Below, in pieces: positions 51,825 to 63,359 of a stretch of DNA of 64,000 nucleotides (position 1 is the stretch's first letter; every line of letters starts with the position of its first letter). A program made the position numbers and the translations under genes. This stretch comes from Bispira polyomma (taxonomy: Eukaryota). The notes beneath the pieces were generated by a model. That model was not told where the DNA came from. It was given only the letters and a program-made list of their open reading frames with translations, and did not search any database. The stretch lies in contig OZ287757.1 in the NCBI GenBank assembly GCA_965649765.1, forward strand, positions 55,490,001-55,554,000, given 5' to 3'.

Positions 51825-52863
51825 AAGTAGAAGACACAATGTTAGAAATAGATTGGTCTATCTAATTGCAGATGTACCTTCCAAGCTAAGAAAGATTGCT
51901 ACACAAGCCTCATACAGAGCCCATCAGGCCTTTAGACCAGCCACTGAAAGGGCCTATACAAATATGTTTAGGATATTCTTGGCCTATTGTAGTTTCGCTC
52001 AGGTCAGGCCTCAAAATATCTCCCCCCTTATTATATTGGCTTTCTTAAAAGTATTAGTGGTTAATCATGTCTCTTCCTCCTCCATTGCAAACTACCTTTC
52101 GGCGGTTAAAGCTAAATTGGCCCTCTATGGCCTTGACGTCTCTGCATTTGCAGATCCTAGAATTAAGTATTACCAAAAAGCCCTTACACTCAATAGCCCC
52201 TTCAGGGCTAAAATTAACGCTATTATTGACATTCCCCTGTTACTCCAAATTACTCAAATTTGTGACAGCATGTACATGGGGCAGATCTTCAAGGCTCTGT
52301 ACCTCATTGCTTTCTTTTCTTTTCTTAGAATATCCAACTTACTTCCACATGCTGTCTCTCAATTCTCTCCACTAGTCCAACTGGCCCGGGGGGACGTACT
52401 TTTTGCCTCCCCTGGCCTCCACCTCATAATAAAGTGGTCTAAAACAATGCAGTCAAAGAATGTAGCAAAAGTTATTAAAATACCGAGCCTAAGTGGCTCT
52501 AGTCTCTGTCCGGTGGCTGCCACAAGGGCCTTGCTGGCTATTACTCCTGGACACAAAAATTCTCCTCTCTTTCAGTTTAAAAAATACCAGAAATGGTCTC
52601 CAATGATTGACACCCAAGCTAGGCAAAATCTCACACAAATTTTGAGGCGTCTTGGCCTCCAGCAATCAAACATTTCTTTCCACACCTTCAGGCGTTCAGG
52701 TGCCACCTGGCCCTTCAACAATAATGTCCCAATTCAAGATATCCAGAGCCATGGCACTTGGACGTCTGATTGTGTGTGGAAATATATTGTACAGGATCAC
52801 AATGCATCTGACCAAGTCGCCCTCACCTTCAAGGCCCTCCTTTCCCCTTCTACTACTTCCTAG
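51784..52863 (+). CDS. Tyrosine recombinase of DIRS/Ngaro-like element
   Basis: Catalytic set R (FLRISN), K (WSKT), HxxR (HTFRRSGAT), W and Y (HGTWTSDCVWKY). Confidence 0.93.
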   Translation: MTSYYNWYRIPMGKSRRHNVRNRLVYLIADVPSKLRKIATQASYRAHQAFRPATERAYTNMFRIFLAYCSFAQVRPQNISPLIILAFLKVLVVNHVSSSSIANYLSAVKAKLALYGLDVSAFADPRIKYYQKALTLNSPFRAKINAIIDIPLLLQITQICDSMYMGQIFKALYLIAFFSFLRISNLLPHAVSQFSPLVQLARGDVLFASPGLHLIIKWSKTMQSKNVAKVIKIPSLSGSSLCPVAATRALLAITPGHKNSPLFQFKKYQKWSPMIDTQARQNLTQILRRLGLQQSNISFHTFRRSGATWPFNNNVPIQDIQSHGTWTSDCVWKYIVQDHNASDQVALTFKALLSPSTTS

Positions 52864-53560
52864 TTGGGCTTTGGGGCTTTATTTACATACATTATATACA
52901 AATAAAATATAATAATGCTTAAATATAAATATTTTGGGGCCACCTTACCTTATACTAATTTAATCCTTTTACATCTTTACTAAATCTCTTTTGGCAACCT
53001 CAAATAAAATCTAAGGTTACCATTTTTCTTAAATTTAAACTCATTCTAAGGTTACCCTAACTTCAAGTTAGGGTACCCCTAAATTCAACCTTAAAAATTT
53101 CAATCTTTGGTAACCCTAACTTCCAAGTTGGGGCTACCCTTAACCTTAAACTCAATCTTAGGTAGCCCTAACTTTCAAGCTAGGGCTACCCCTTAAATTT
53201 TAAAAAATCCCTTTGGTCACTTTGGCCTGTTGTCCTCAGGTTAAGGTCACCTTAAACTCTTAACTTCTCCTAAACTCTTGGGGCTAAGGTGGCCCCTTAC
53301 CACACAGTATGTAAATAATTATTAGTGATAACATAGTAAAATTAAAGCTAATATCCCCAAAACCTACCTTTCTTGTTATTTTCCTGTGTTACACCACATC
53401 TACAAGTTTACTAGGGTAGGGCACTGAGGTAATAAATACTGGAAAGTGTGTATACTGATTTATAGTGGTAATAGAGTAGTTAAACAGTCAAATTATTTTC
53501 TAAAATTGATCAAGTGATTTTATTCAGACAAAGCTCAACATTTAAATTAGATAAATTCAC

Positions 53561-53779
53561 CACTCTGTGTTCTGTAGTCGTCTGATATCATGTGTAACAC
53601 CTTCATTTGAAACAGAAGGGGCAGTATGAAATTCAAAGTTATCAGGCTTTAATCCACCATCATTTTGATCTGTATTATTTGCATCATGATCACTCTTGCT
53701 ACTCGTTATCCTAATATTGTCATCAGAATCAAATAAGTGTATGTTGGGTAAATGGTTTTCAACAGACATGTTTACACCT
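53561..53779 (-). other. Candidate exon with ATG (MSVENHLPN...RLQNTE)
   Basis: ttacAG acceptor, ATG at 53769, open hydrophilic frame, GTGAAT donor; gene assignment unknown. Confidence 0.35.
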
Positions 53780-55193
53780 CTGTAATATAAAATGTATATC
53801 AAGATTTATAAACGTATATAAAGGTTTAAACTGAAGAATAGAAACTTTCTATTCCCTGAAACAGGAGAACTCTAACTTATCACACACTGTAGTGTAAACA
53901 AACCCAAACTGACTTTCTGTGCACTCAAACAGTTTATGCTGGGGAAGTGGCTAAACTGTGTAAAAAGACTGGCTTATTAGAGTTGTTAGATTGATCTCTT
54001 CTTTTTTGTGGATAGGAAATATTAAACAGAATATGTTCTATTTTATGTTAAAACTAGTAAAATGGCTTGTCAATACTTGTAATACTACCTCTTTAACACT
54101 ACAAGAAAACTTCCGTGATGCTAATAATTTATACTAGCCGATAATACCTTGCGAGGCAGTATATGTGTTTCTGAAGTGCATAATCAAATAATAATATGCA
54201 GTAACCTACTAAAAATACATAAACGATACTGATACCTCTGGCAGTAGCCTATTTATATCCAGACATAATTTCTGATAACGTCTTCCTATTTACCCGAGGC
54301 CTGTTAATGCTTCCCTGTTCACTGTTTTAATCCTAGGTTGTGTTACGTGTGTATGACTCGTATCCCTTATGGAGTGATTTTACTATTTCCGGCTTCCTGG
54401 TTACAGAGTCTTTAAGGTAGAAACGAAAATAATGGATAGGGTTGCAACTAAAATTCATAAAAGTAGTAAACATTTATAACTTTTGTGAATATTCACAGAT
54501 ATTAAAGGGGAATGACTACTTAACGATTTCAAATGCATTCCGAAAGCTAATTCACCAAGATAAATCTTCAGAAGCTATTTGTTTAAGGGCCTTTCTGAAA
54601 TGTTCGGCCATCTTGGATTTAACAGGAAATCACCTAGTCCTATATTTTTCAAGATATCTCAAAAAATCAACAGTTCAGACCTGTTTTCATTTATACTGAA
54701 ATGTTAGGCTAAGATTGATGTTTATTTTCATATATGATTTGTAGGGCCAGCACTTCGCCGGACTTTAGTATAGCCCAAATTAGGCTATAAGATAATGTTT
54801 TGCAAAATTAATAGTGGTCTCACTCCTTATAACAAGTACTGCAACAGCCAGTTTTTTTTTGTGTGTGTTACTAGCCTTTGTCGAGGCTCAAGTTTATCCG
54901 TGTAATTTCGTCCCAGATATGCATGTTGGGAAAATTGACAGTGTAGGCTGGTGGCTTCCATTCATCTACCTAGAAACTACCTATTACAAATGTAATGCAA
55001 TATGAAGTGGGTAAGTTACACATGTTACAGTTTACAGTTTCTCTGTACAAAATGATGTTGTAACAACCTTAACTAGTTTGTTGCCCTACAGTCAAGCCTT
55101 TTTGTCGTCGTTTGTTTCTTTATTGTGTTTCACAGCTTTCTGGTTATATTTATTGACAGGTTAAATTAATTACATAACTTTATATATGTATTT

Positions 55194-55400
55194 ACTTTGC
55201 ACAAATTAAATAAATAAATAAAATAACTTGTGTTCAAACAAAATAGATATAAGTGACCATCTTTACCTTGAAAGAAGTAGACATGTATGTTAAACTAATT
55301 ACATACTTTGCACAAATTAAATAAATAAATAAAATAACTTGTGTTCAAACAAAATAAATATAAGTGACCATCTTTACCTTGAAAGAAGTAGACATGTATG
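55194..55400. repeat. Direct tandem duplication (~110-bp spacing)
   Basis: ACTTTGCACAAATTAAATAAAT...GAAAGAAGTAGACATGTATG occurs twice. Confidence 0.9.
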
Positions 55401-55599
55401 CTGTTGCACTTCAAAAGATGCCTCACAATAAGTAAACTTAAAATATTCAATAAAATATGACTACAATAGTAGACATGATATATCTCTATGTGGGGATATG
55501 GGAATTTTAATGGCACATCATGTTGTCTATGTGTATTTATAGTAAAACCAATCAGTTGAAGACCGTTTATTTGTTTATTCACTTTTAAATTGTATTGTA

Positions 55600-57110
55600 G
55601 TGTACATTTTTAACACGCCTTATTGATGCTGAGGCACAACATCAGAATGAATAAACCGGTGGGAAAATCAAAATAATAGCCAGGTCGTCAGGAAGGATTC
55701 AGGAGCGTCCAGAGAGCGGACTATGGAGGATAGGCGAGCCTGAAGAGATAGATTTTAAGCTTTCTACTAAAACCAAAAACTGTATAAGGCAATTTTAGTT
55801 CCTGGTCTGAAAGTTGAATATCATTGCCCAGTAGTGTGATTAGGAATAGTGATATTAAGTATTCACTGTGTTTCTTGTTTCCAATTAGGATGAATTCAGT
55901 TTTATTTGGGTTTAATTTCAATTTGGAGAAATTCATCCATGCCTGAACTAAGAGAGGCAATTATGTCAAGGTTGTTTTCAGCATTTTGACGGTTGAGAGA
56001 AAAATAGATTTGAGTGTCATCAGCATACATATGATGTTTGACATTGTGATTGTTGATGACTGTACTGAGAGGATGTGCATAGAGAGTAAAAAGTAGAGGG
56101 CTAAGAACCAACCCCTGGGGTACTCCGAAAGGTAGGTTGATATAGGATAAAAAAGTGGTCACCCAATTTGATTTTTGGAGAACTAAGAGCTAGGTAAGAT
56201 TTTATCCAATCATAGACAGTGTCATTTAGACCAAATCACTGTTATAGGGTGTCAAAAAGTAAGCCATGATCGCGGGTATCAAAAGCTGCAGAGAGGTCAA
56301 GAAGGGTAAGGGCTACAGTTTCATCACGATCAAAGGCAAGGTTAATGTCATCACTGATTGAAAGGAGGCCACTCTCCGTGGAGTAATACTTTCTGAAGGC
56401 AGATTGGTGCGAGTAAACTAGGTTTTGTTTGTTTAGGTGGTCACAGATTTCTTTAGCCACAGCCTTCTCAATATGTTTAGACACAAAGCTGAGGTTGGAG
56501 ACTGGTCTATAATTTTTTAGCCCATTTTTGTTGAGGCCTGTTTTTTTCAGCAAGAGGGTGACATATGCGGAAGCATGAGGGGAATATACCATCTCTGAGT
56601 AAAAAATTGATGATGTTAGTGATAGGAGTAATGAAAAATGTCCCAAATATATCCGCAAGAAATGTGAGACAATGATTATCAGGTACAACTTGTTCATATT
56701 TGTGAAGTATTTTATTTATGGAGGTCCATAACCTTTTTGGTGAATGTGAGTTCTCATTTATGATGGAATCATAGTGCTCTTTTTTGGCTTTGGTCATTAG
56801 CATGTTAAAGTGGTTTGTGGCGATTCTATAGCGCTTCCTGTCAAATGTTGATTTTGTGCGCCCACATAGCTGCTTAAGTTGATCTTTATGCCATTTGGCT
56901 TCATTAATGTCTGAGTTGTGCTTTCATGAGGATCATAAAGTGGCATGACTATTTAGAATAGAGGACAAAGTATGGTTATATTGCAGACTGAGACTATTTG
57001 CATTTTGACATGGGTGTTTAATGAGATGAGAAGCCTGGATGTCATCCCAAAATTTGTAAATGTTAATTTTCCTGATGTTGCGGAATTACCTTAGGTTTAT
57101 GTGACAATGG
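55600..57110 (-). mobile_element. CR1/L2-like LINE fragment with 3' end
   Basis: [53 protein letters not shown]; the tail resembles 60480-60680. Confidence 0.85.
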
Positions 57111-57604
57111 TTTCGGGAGAGTGAAAGATAACGAGGCTGTAAAAAATTAAAACACTATCTGTTTCTGTCTTATATTATTAATTGCCTCATACATTCTCTC
57201 CAAGTTACATAATATCACTATAGTTTTACTGTAGAGTTGAATTAAAATTTTGTTGGGTTATTATGCTGCTTTTAACAGCTTAGTTCATATTGGGATGGCC
57301 AGTTTTACTGGTGAAGAAAACCAGTGCTACCGTAAGTTATGGTATATTTTCAGTAGGTTAGATGTCAATGGTGAGAAAACGATTAAAGTACACATCTGAT
57401 TACTATTCTAAGATGATCAGAAGGTCATGAAGGTGACCTTAGACTAAGAATCAGTTTATGGTTATTACGGTCATCTTAGTGACCCGTTTTAACAATAAAC
57501 TGATTCTAGATCACTTTGCAATTGCACAGTCCTTGATCTTCAATAGATTTGGTTATCAACATTGAACAGTTGATTTTATTATAGTTATTTTAGCCATTAA
57601 GGGT

Positions 57605-58396
57605 TGTTGCGGTCACGGGAGCAAGCACGGTAGCAATTACCGGTTGCTTTTAGGTTGTAACAGGAAAAGACAAAAAGTTTCACTTAACAAATTTATTAAC
57701 AAATAAAATAAAAATTACAGAATTACAGAATTACAGTCAACCAAGATAGTCTTAATGGTTCATACAATAATACAATAATACAATAATGAAACCAATCTGA
57801 CCTGACCACAGTCCTGTCCACATAAATAACAATTAAACAAGTTTGTCCACTGTATCCAGCAATCTGTCTTGAGATCTGCTCAGTGTCCACACAATGCCTG
57901 TATCCTGTTATCCATTTGGTGTCCGCGAACACAAAATGTATATATCCAGAGAGCCTGCATAACTAAGCTATCCAGTCCGGGATGCAAACAATATCCAATA
58001 TGCAGTAAATCCAATCTCTGGTAGATCCACAACTTTTATTTAGTTCACTCCAATGCGTTCACCACAAAAACATATATAGTAATCAGTTTATATCCAAAAA
58101 AAGGAAAAGAAATAAAATGTTTCACAATATAGCAGTTCATATAGCACACCAACTCAACAAACTCTGGTCTATGGCCAGGCTGTCAACCCTTATATATACA
58201 ACTGCTAGAGAAGGCTCTAGAATATGTAAGCAATTGCTAGCACATTCCAGAGATGAGATATTCATATGAACACAACTTTAATAACAACAGAAACAAAATA
58301 GAACCGGCTTCTAGAAGCTTAGGGGGTTTCCCAATTGTATAAATAGATCACTCTAGCAGAGTGCTTTAACATACCACTATTTCCTTATATGTAACA
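57605..58396 (-). mobile_element. Solo LTR, copy 2
   Basis: TGTTGC...GTAACA termini; TSD GGGT; same family as 16891-17660. Confidence 0.85.
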
Positions 58397-58863
58397 GGGT
58401 ATCCTTAGGTGATCCATATCCACAAGTGAAAAAGCTATTTCAAAAGCGGTTTCTCAACAGACTCTCCAAACTCCACACTTGTTGTAGAAATGTTTACCCT
58501 AGAACCGATGTTGTGCTCTGTCAAACTTTTTGTTCTACAAGGCTTATTATGTCCAAACAAGTTATCACTTAATCCCGATTTCATTAACATTTTGAAGTTT
58601 TTTTTTCACGGCTACACAAAAACAAATTAGACTCAGATGAGTACGTGCAGTGGTTCTTTCTCTTTTACTAGCCAGGCAAAACCGTGTATTGTTAATCAAA
58701 GGCAGTACTAATGGTAGTTTAGGTGACATGTTTTTTGTTATAGTGCCGTCTTTCACTTGGGGAAAGTCGGCCAAATCTAATACAAACTGGGAATCCTATA
58801 ACAGGGGTATTGCTCTGCAGGTTTTTTCACACCTACCAAGAAGGTGTAACAATGTTTATTAAA

Positions 58864-59435
58864 GTCAGGTCACACCTACACATGCTACAAGTATGTGTCG
58901 TATTGAACTATCTTGTATCGTAGTAGAAGGTACATGTAATGCAAAAGTGAGGATCCCTGGTGAGTTCGTTCCGTGACATTAATTGATGAATTATATAGTT
59001 CCGGAAACGTCTCAGTCTGGTCCCCTGCAATGATTATTTCAAACTGTTTGAAATAATCGTGACAGAGCTCTCCGTTTCTCGAGGACATCTCCACTCGTCT
59101 GTATAAGTAGCATTACGTAGCAGAAAGTAGCAGTATGTAGTGAGATCGTCTCGTTTTACTAGGTAACAAAACGCAGCAGAACTCAGCGGTAAGCAGCATA
59201 AAGATATAGATATACGTAGTAGTAAGTAGTGATATCCTACCAGTAAAGTGATCGATTTCGTGTGTACAACTACTAACGTCACAAAACGTCATAAAACGTC
59301 ACAAAAACGTCACAAAACATCCCAATCGACCCCCCTTTATGTAAAAGACGTCATTTTGACACAAAACTACCACGTTTTTAGTTTATCTGGCTTTGCTACG
59401 TTGGGGGACGCTAGCATGTGTAGGTGTGACTTGGC
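58864..59435. mobile_element. MITE
   Basis: Perfect 19-bp inverted repeat GTCACACCTACACATGCTA (58869) / TAGCATGTGTAGGTGTGAC (59412). Confidence 0.7.
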
Positions 59436-59876
59436 CATTACTGAGGTCTTTCCATACAACACAGGAGCTCGGCATGACTGGCCTTTACCGCCTGCCACAA
59501 GATAAATTTATCATATCTTAACATATTTTTTCCAGAATATTGATTTGGTTGATCTCTCATGGTATGCCAAAAGCCAACCATCCACTGGAGTACACTTAGT
59601 TGATTGCAAGGAAACCCGCGTCTTTTAAAGTGCCTGACAACACAAACTCATGTGGCTGTACCACTCCCCCCAGATAACGCTGGCAAGGATCACATGACGT
59701 GTGGTGTTACAAAAGCAGATCGGACTGTCTGAAGAGGACTCATATTTTTGAATTAAGATTTGACCCGCCGTTTGGGCCGTTTGGACTCTTGACAACTTTA
59801 ACTTGTTTACAAGGTTGCTTGCCTATACTTCTACTTTACATACTGTCTAAACATTTATTTATAACATCAAGTTGAT

Positions 59877-60139
59877 GGGGGCTGCGGTGGCCTAGTGGTT
59901 AGCAAGCATAGCGCTTCACAATCACTGGTCTCTCACCTCTGGGCGGCGTGAGTTCGAATCCCGTCGATGCCTATGTGGGAAAGGTGGTAGTTTCTTACTG
60001 TGGGCCTCTGGTTTTAGTGCATAACCTTGATCAACTGTATGCAGTGTTTCCTCCAGCGTTTCCAACTACCCGTCCCAATATAACCTAAACAGGTACTAGA
60101 GTGGACGTTAAATATCCCAATTAAAAAAAACAACAAAAA
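59877..60139 (+). mobile_element. tRNA-derived SINE, copy 5
   Basis: Same family; A-rich tail; 14-bp TSD AACATCAAGTTGAT at 59863 and 60140. Confidence 0.92.
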
Positions 60140-60469
60140 AACATCAAGTTGATCTAGTATACTGTATGGAATCCACTTGAGAGCATTGTTTGGAACCAGC
60201 CTTCATCTGCCACTCCTCAACTATTTGGGCCAAAACATGTTTAACTTTTTGTTAGAGTGCCCCTTCCTCATTCTATTCAAGATTTGATAAAAATTATTTT
60301 CTTCTTGTAATAATTTGAATTTTAATGTTTCTCTGGTGTTCAATGTTAGTCTATATTGGACTTAATTGTGTCAAAGTCCACAGCAATTGCACAGTCCTTC
60401 AGATCTTCAATAGATTGGGTTAACAATATTGAGTTAAATAATACAAGGAAAATTCTTGGTTATATACAA

Positions 60470-60680
60470 AACTTGACTAAAACTTTCTGGATTCGGGAAA
60501 AAGCTTAAAACCTATCTCTTCAGGTTGACCTATCCTCTGTAGTGTGTTCCCTGGACGCTCCCACATCCTTCCTGACAACCTGGCTATTAGTTTGATTTTT
60601 TCTACCAGTTTATTGATTCTTGCGCCTCAGGAGATGCCTGGCCTCCGGAAGGTGCATTAAAAATGTACAATACAATGCAA
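60470..60680 (+). mobile_element. LINE 3' end
   Basis: KLKTYLFRLTYP followed by a tail homologous to the reverse complement of 55600-55770. Confidence 0.6.
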
Positions 60681-62321
60681 AATCTTTTGGCTCTGAACTT
60701 TCGTACTTATGATAGCTAGATTCTATATATGTTGGTGTTCAAAGAAAATACATATATGTATATAGAATATTACCCCCTTAAAAATGTGTATATAAAATGA
60801 TAATATAGTTCTTATTATAGTTTTGCAATATGGATTGATCAGGCTGCACAGAGGTATTTATGAGAGCTTTATAGATATTTGGAACTTCTGCTAACAACGT
60901 GCGCATATACATGCATATAATGTACACCATATATATGCACACACCATCCATATCATTTATGTCATATTTCGGGCAAAAGTGATCTTCAAATAGTTTGCTA
61001 AAGGGGGCAAAACGCATAGGCGAAAAATACCTGGCTATTTCACTACCTATGCTACTACTACTGTGTACAAGGTCAAATAGCTAAAAACCTGGGGAGAGGC
61101 ACTGGCTGTTGAAATAGATTTGTTCCAATGATATTATCTTATACATAAGCAGCCTTACCTCTCAGTTTCTTCAACCCATCCAAATAGGAAAATCAGCAGT
61201 ATTTGCTTTGCTGTCACTGCTGTTGTTGAATGGAACAAGCTCCCACAGACTGTCCGATCAGAAGTCCTACCGAAACCTACCTTTTCAGACTTGCCCACCC
61301 CCTTCGTAGTTTCACCCTTCCCTTGTAGATGCGTTTTGGTAGCAACCTTCTGCTCCCCCCTGGACCTTACATTTTTGAATAGCAGCCTTAGAGGATGTGT
61401 ATTCATCAATTTGGTGACCCAAATATTTCCACAACAGTCTGAGCAGCCAGCAATGAGCCCCTTGTACCATTTAAAACTAATCTGTACTTGCCTGTATTCA
61501 CTTATATAAATTCTGTGAATATTTGACACACCAATTAAGCACCAATTATAAATAAGATGATATTGGATCCCCTTTTGGCATTTGTTTCATTGTTTAAACA
61601 CTCTGATGTGTATGCGTAACTGATACAGTGAATGGTTATTTTCCAACTATGGGGTAATGAATCATGTCCTATAGCAATGCATTATTTAATATGTTATCCT
61701 TTTACAATCACAAACAATTCCACATTGCGGTTGTCCCCCATCTCTCATCCACTAGACCTCTGGCTGTATCCTATGATCTTTTCAAAAGCAAATTTGATGT
61801 CCAAGGCTAGGTTATAGATTGGTTCGATTGTTGCGCTTTGGAAGATGCCTCGCCTCAACAAAGTTTGTTAAAAATACATAACAAATACTATCCAGCATTT
61901 TATTTGTAACACCCCTGTTCCATTATGCCGATCATAGTTCCAGACCTATCCGATTATACGTTTGGCCATTAATTTTCAGTCTGCCCCTACAAGAACCCAA
62001 ATTGTTTAAAAATTCACCACTATATATTGTGACCTATCTTCCCATCTCTTTTCGGGGTAAATAAGAGATAGGTCATGGGGAAAACAAAACACAAATTGAG
62101 GTGTCAAAAATAGCTTGGGGTGTCAAACGATAACTCAGGCTCTGAATCTGATTGGCCAATGAGTAATTTGCGGGTGCGGAGATGAATATATGAAAGGCGG
62201 GTGAGCCAGTCTTTCATTCTTGTAGCTACAGCATCTCGAGAGTACATTTCAACTGGGAATCAAAGATATAGAATTTTTTTTGCGAGTTATATATTAAATT
62301 TTAAACTTAAAAAAAATTATA

Positions 62322-63180
62322 ATGGCACCAAAAAGAAAGAGGAGGATAGTGGGAGTAGAGGGGAAGCAGAGCAGAGAGATCCACGTGGGGGAGGCAGCAG
62401 TAGATCATTCCAGACACACAGGTGTCACAGATGCCCGAGGGGACACTGAATAAATGACCACAATATGAAGGGACCCAGGACCTAGAGGCAGAGAACACAG
62501 CTGGAGACAGCCAAGTGGCTGGCTCTAACAGGGTACTGAAAAAGGGAAAGATGTTAACAGTGCTACTAAAAGACGATTAAGACGAGGCCTTGGTAGACTT
62601 CTTGAAAAACCATGATTTTTTAACAAACGTGACCCACTCTACAAGGACACCCAGAAAAAGGACATTATGTGGCAAGACTTCTGTATCTCTAAGGGGTTAG
62701 ATGTCAATGAGGTGAAGAAGTGGTTATAATCTCAGTGGACGATTTACTTCAAACTAAATCTAATGAAGTCTGGCCATGCCCCAACAGAACACACTCTGAG
62801 TCAGACATGAGTGTAGGATAACTTTGAGTTTCTGAGACTGCATATTATATGCCACATATCCAGGATGGCAGACTTTACCATGATCTTCCCTTGGAGCGGC
62901 TCCTGATTCACCCACTACCATGGGATCCCAGTCAGACAGTCAGCATGGGGAAACATAGTGTTCAATCCTCATGGTGTCGTCTGCCAGCCTTTCCAAGCAG
63001 TCATCAATACGTGACGCATCCACCCCTAACCCAGAACTGGCACTCTGCAGAGCTAAGGCAGAGTGTGGATAGAATAACGGATAGTATCTCCGGGTTTGTA
63101 AAGAATGTCACCATCAAGACCAAGCACGAGGTACCCATGGGAACAAAATTGAAGCACAAAGGGGTTTTACAAGCTTAAAA
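62322..63180 (+). pseudogene. Myb/SANT (MADF-like) partner protein of a second Harbinger element, decayed
   Basis: MAPKRK start, then DEALVDFLKNH...NKRDPLYKDTQKKDIMWQDFC...EVKKW...MKSG across frameshifts; convergent with a transposase remnant. Confidence 0.65.
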
Positions 63181-63359
63181 ATTAAGAATTTATTTTCATT
63201 TATGTGTTTGGGGGGCAAGTATTTTCCTTTTGTGTGTGTGTGTGTGGTAGATTATTTATGGGTGCAGTTTCTTTCTTGTTGTGAGGTTTTTCAAAAAAAA
63301 AAAAAAAATTACCAAAAGCCTAGACACTGTTTTGGATATTTTGGGTTGTCCTGAAAAGG

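Larger units (their letters stand above)
48975..53330 (+). mobile_element. Tyrosine-recombinase retrotransposon (DIRS order, Ngaro-like); boundaries approximate
   Basis: RT-RNase H ORF immediately followed by a YR ORF; structured 3' region; no methyltransferase domain between RNase H and YR. Confidence 0.88.

Noticed and set aside
16891-58396. One giant 41-kb LTR element carrying the deaminase
   Set aside because: Each LTR has its own TSD, which indicates independent solo LTRs.
58885-59094. ORF resembling a glycosylated receptor N-terminus
   Set aside because: It lies inside a TIR-bounded MITE and has no supporting exons.
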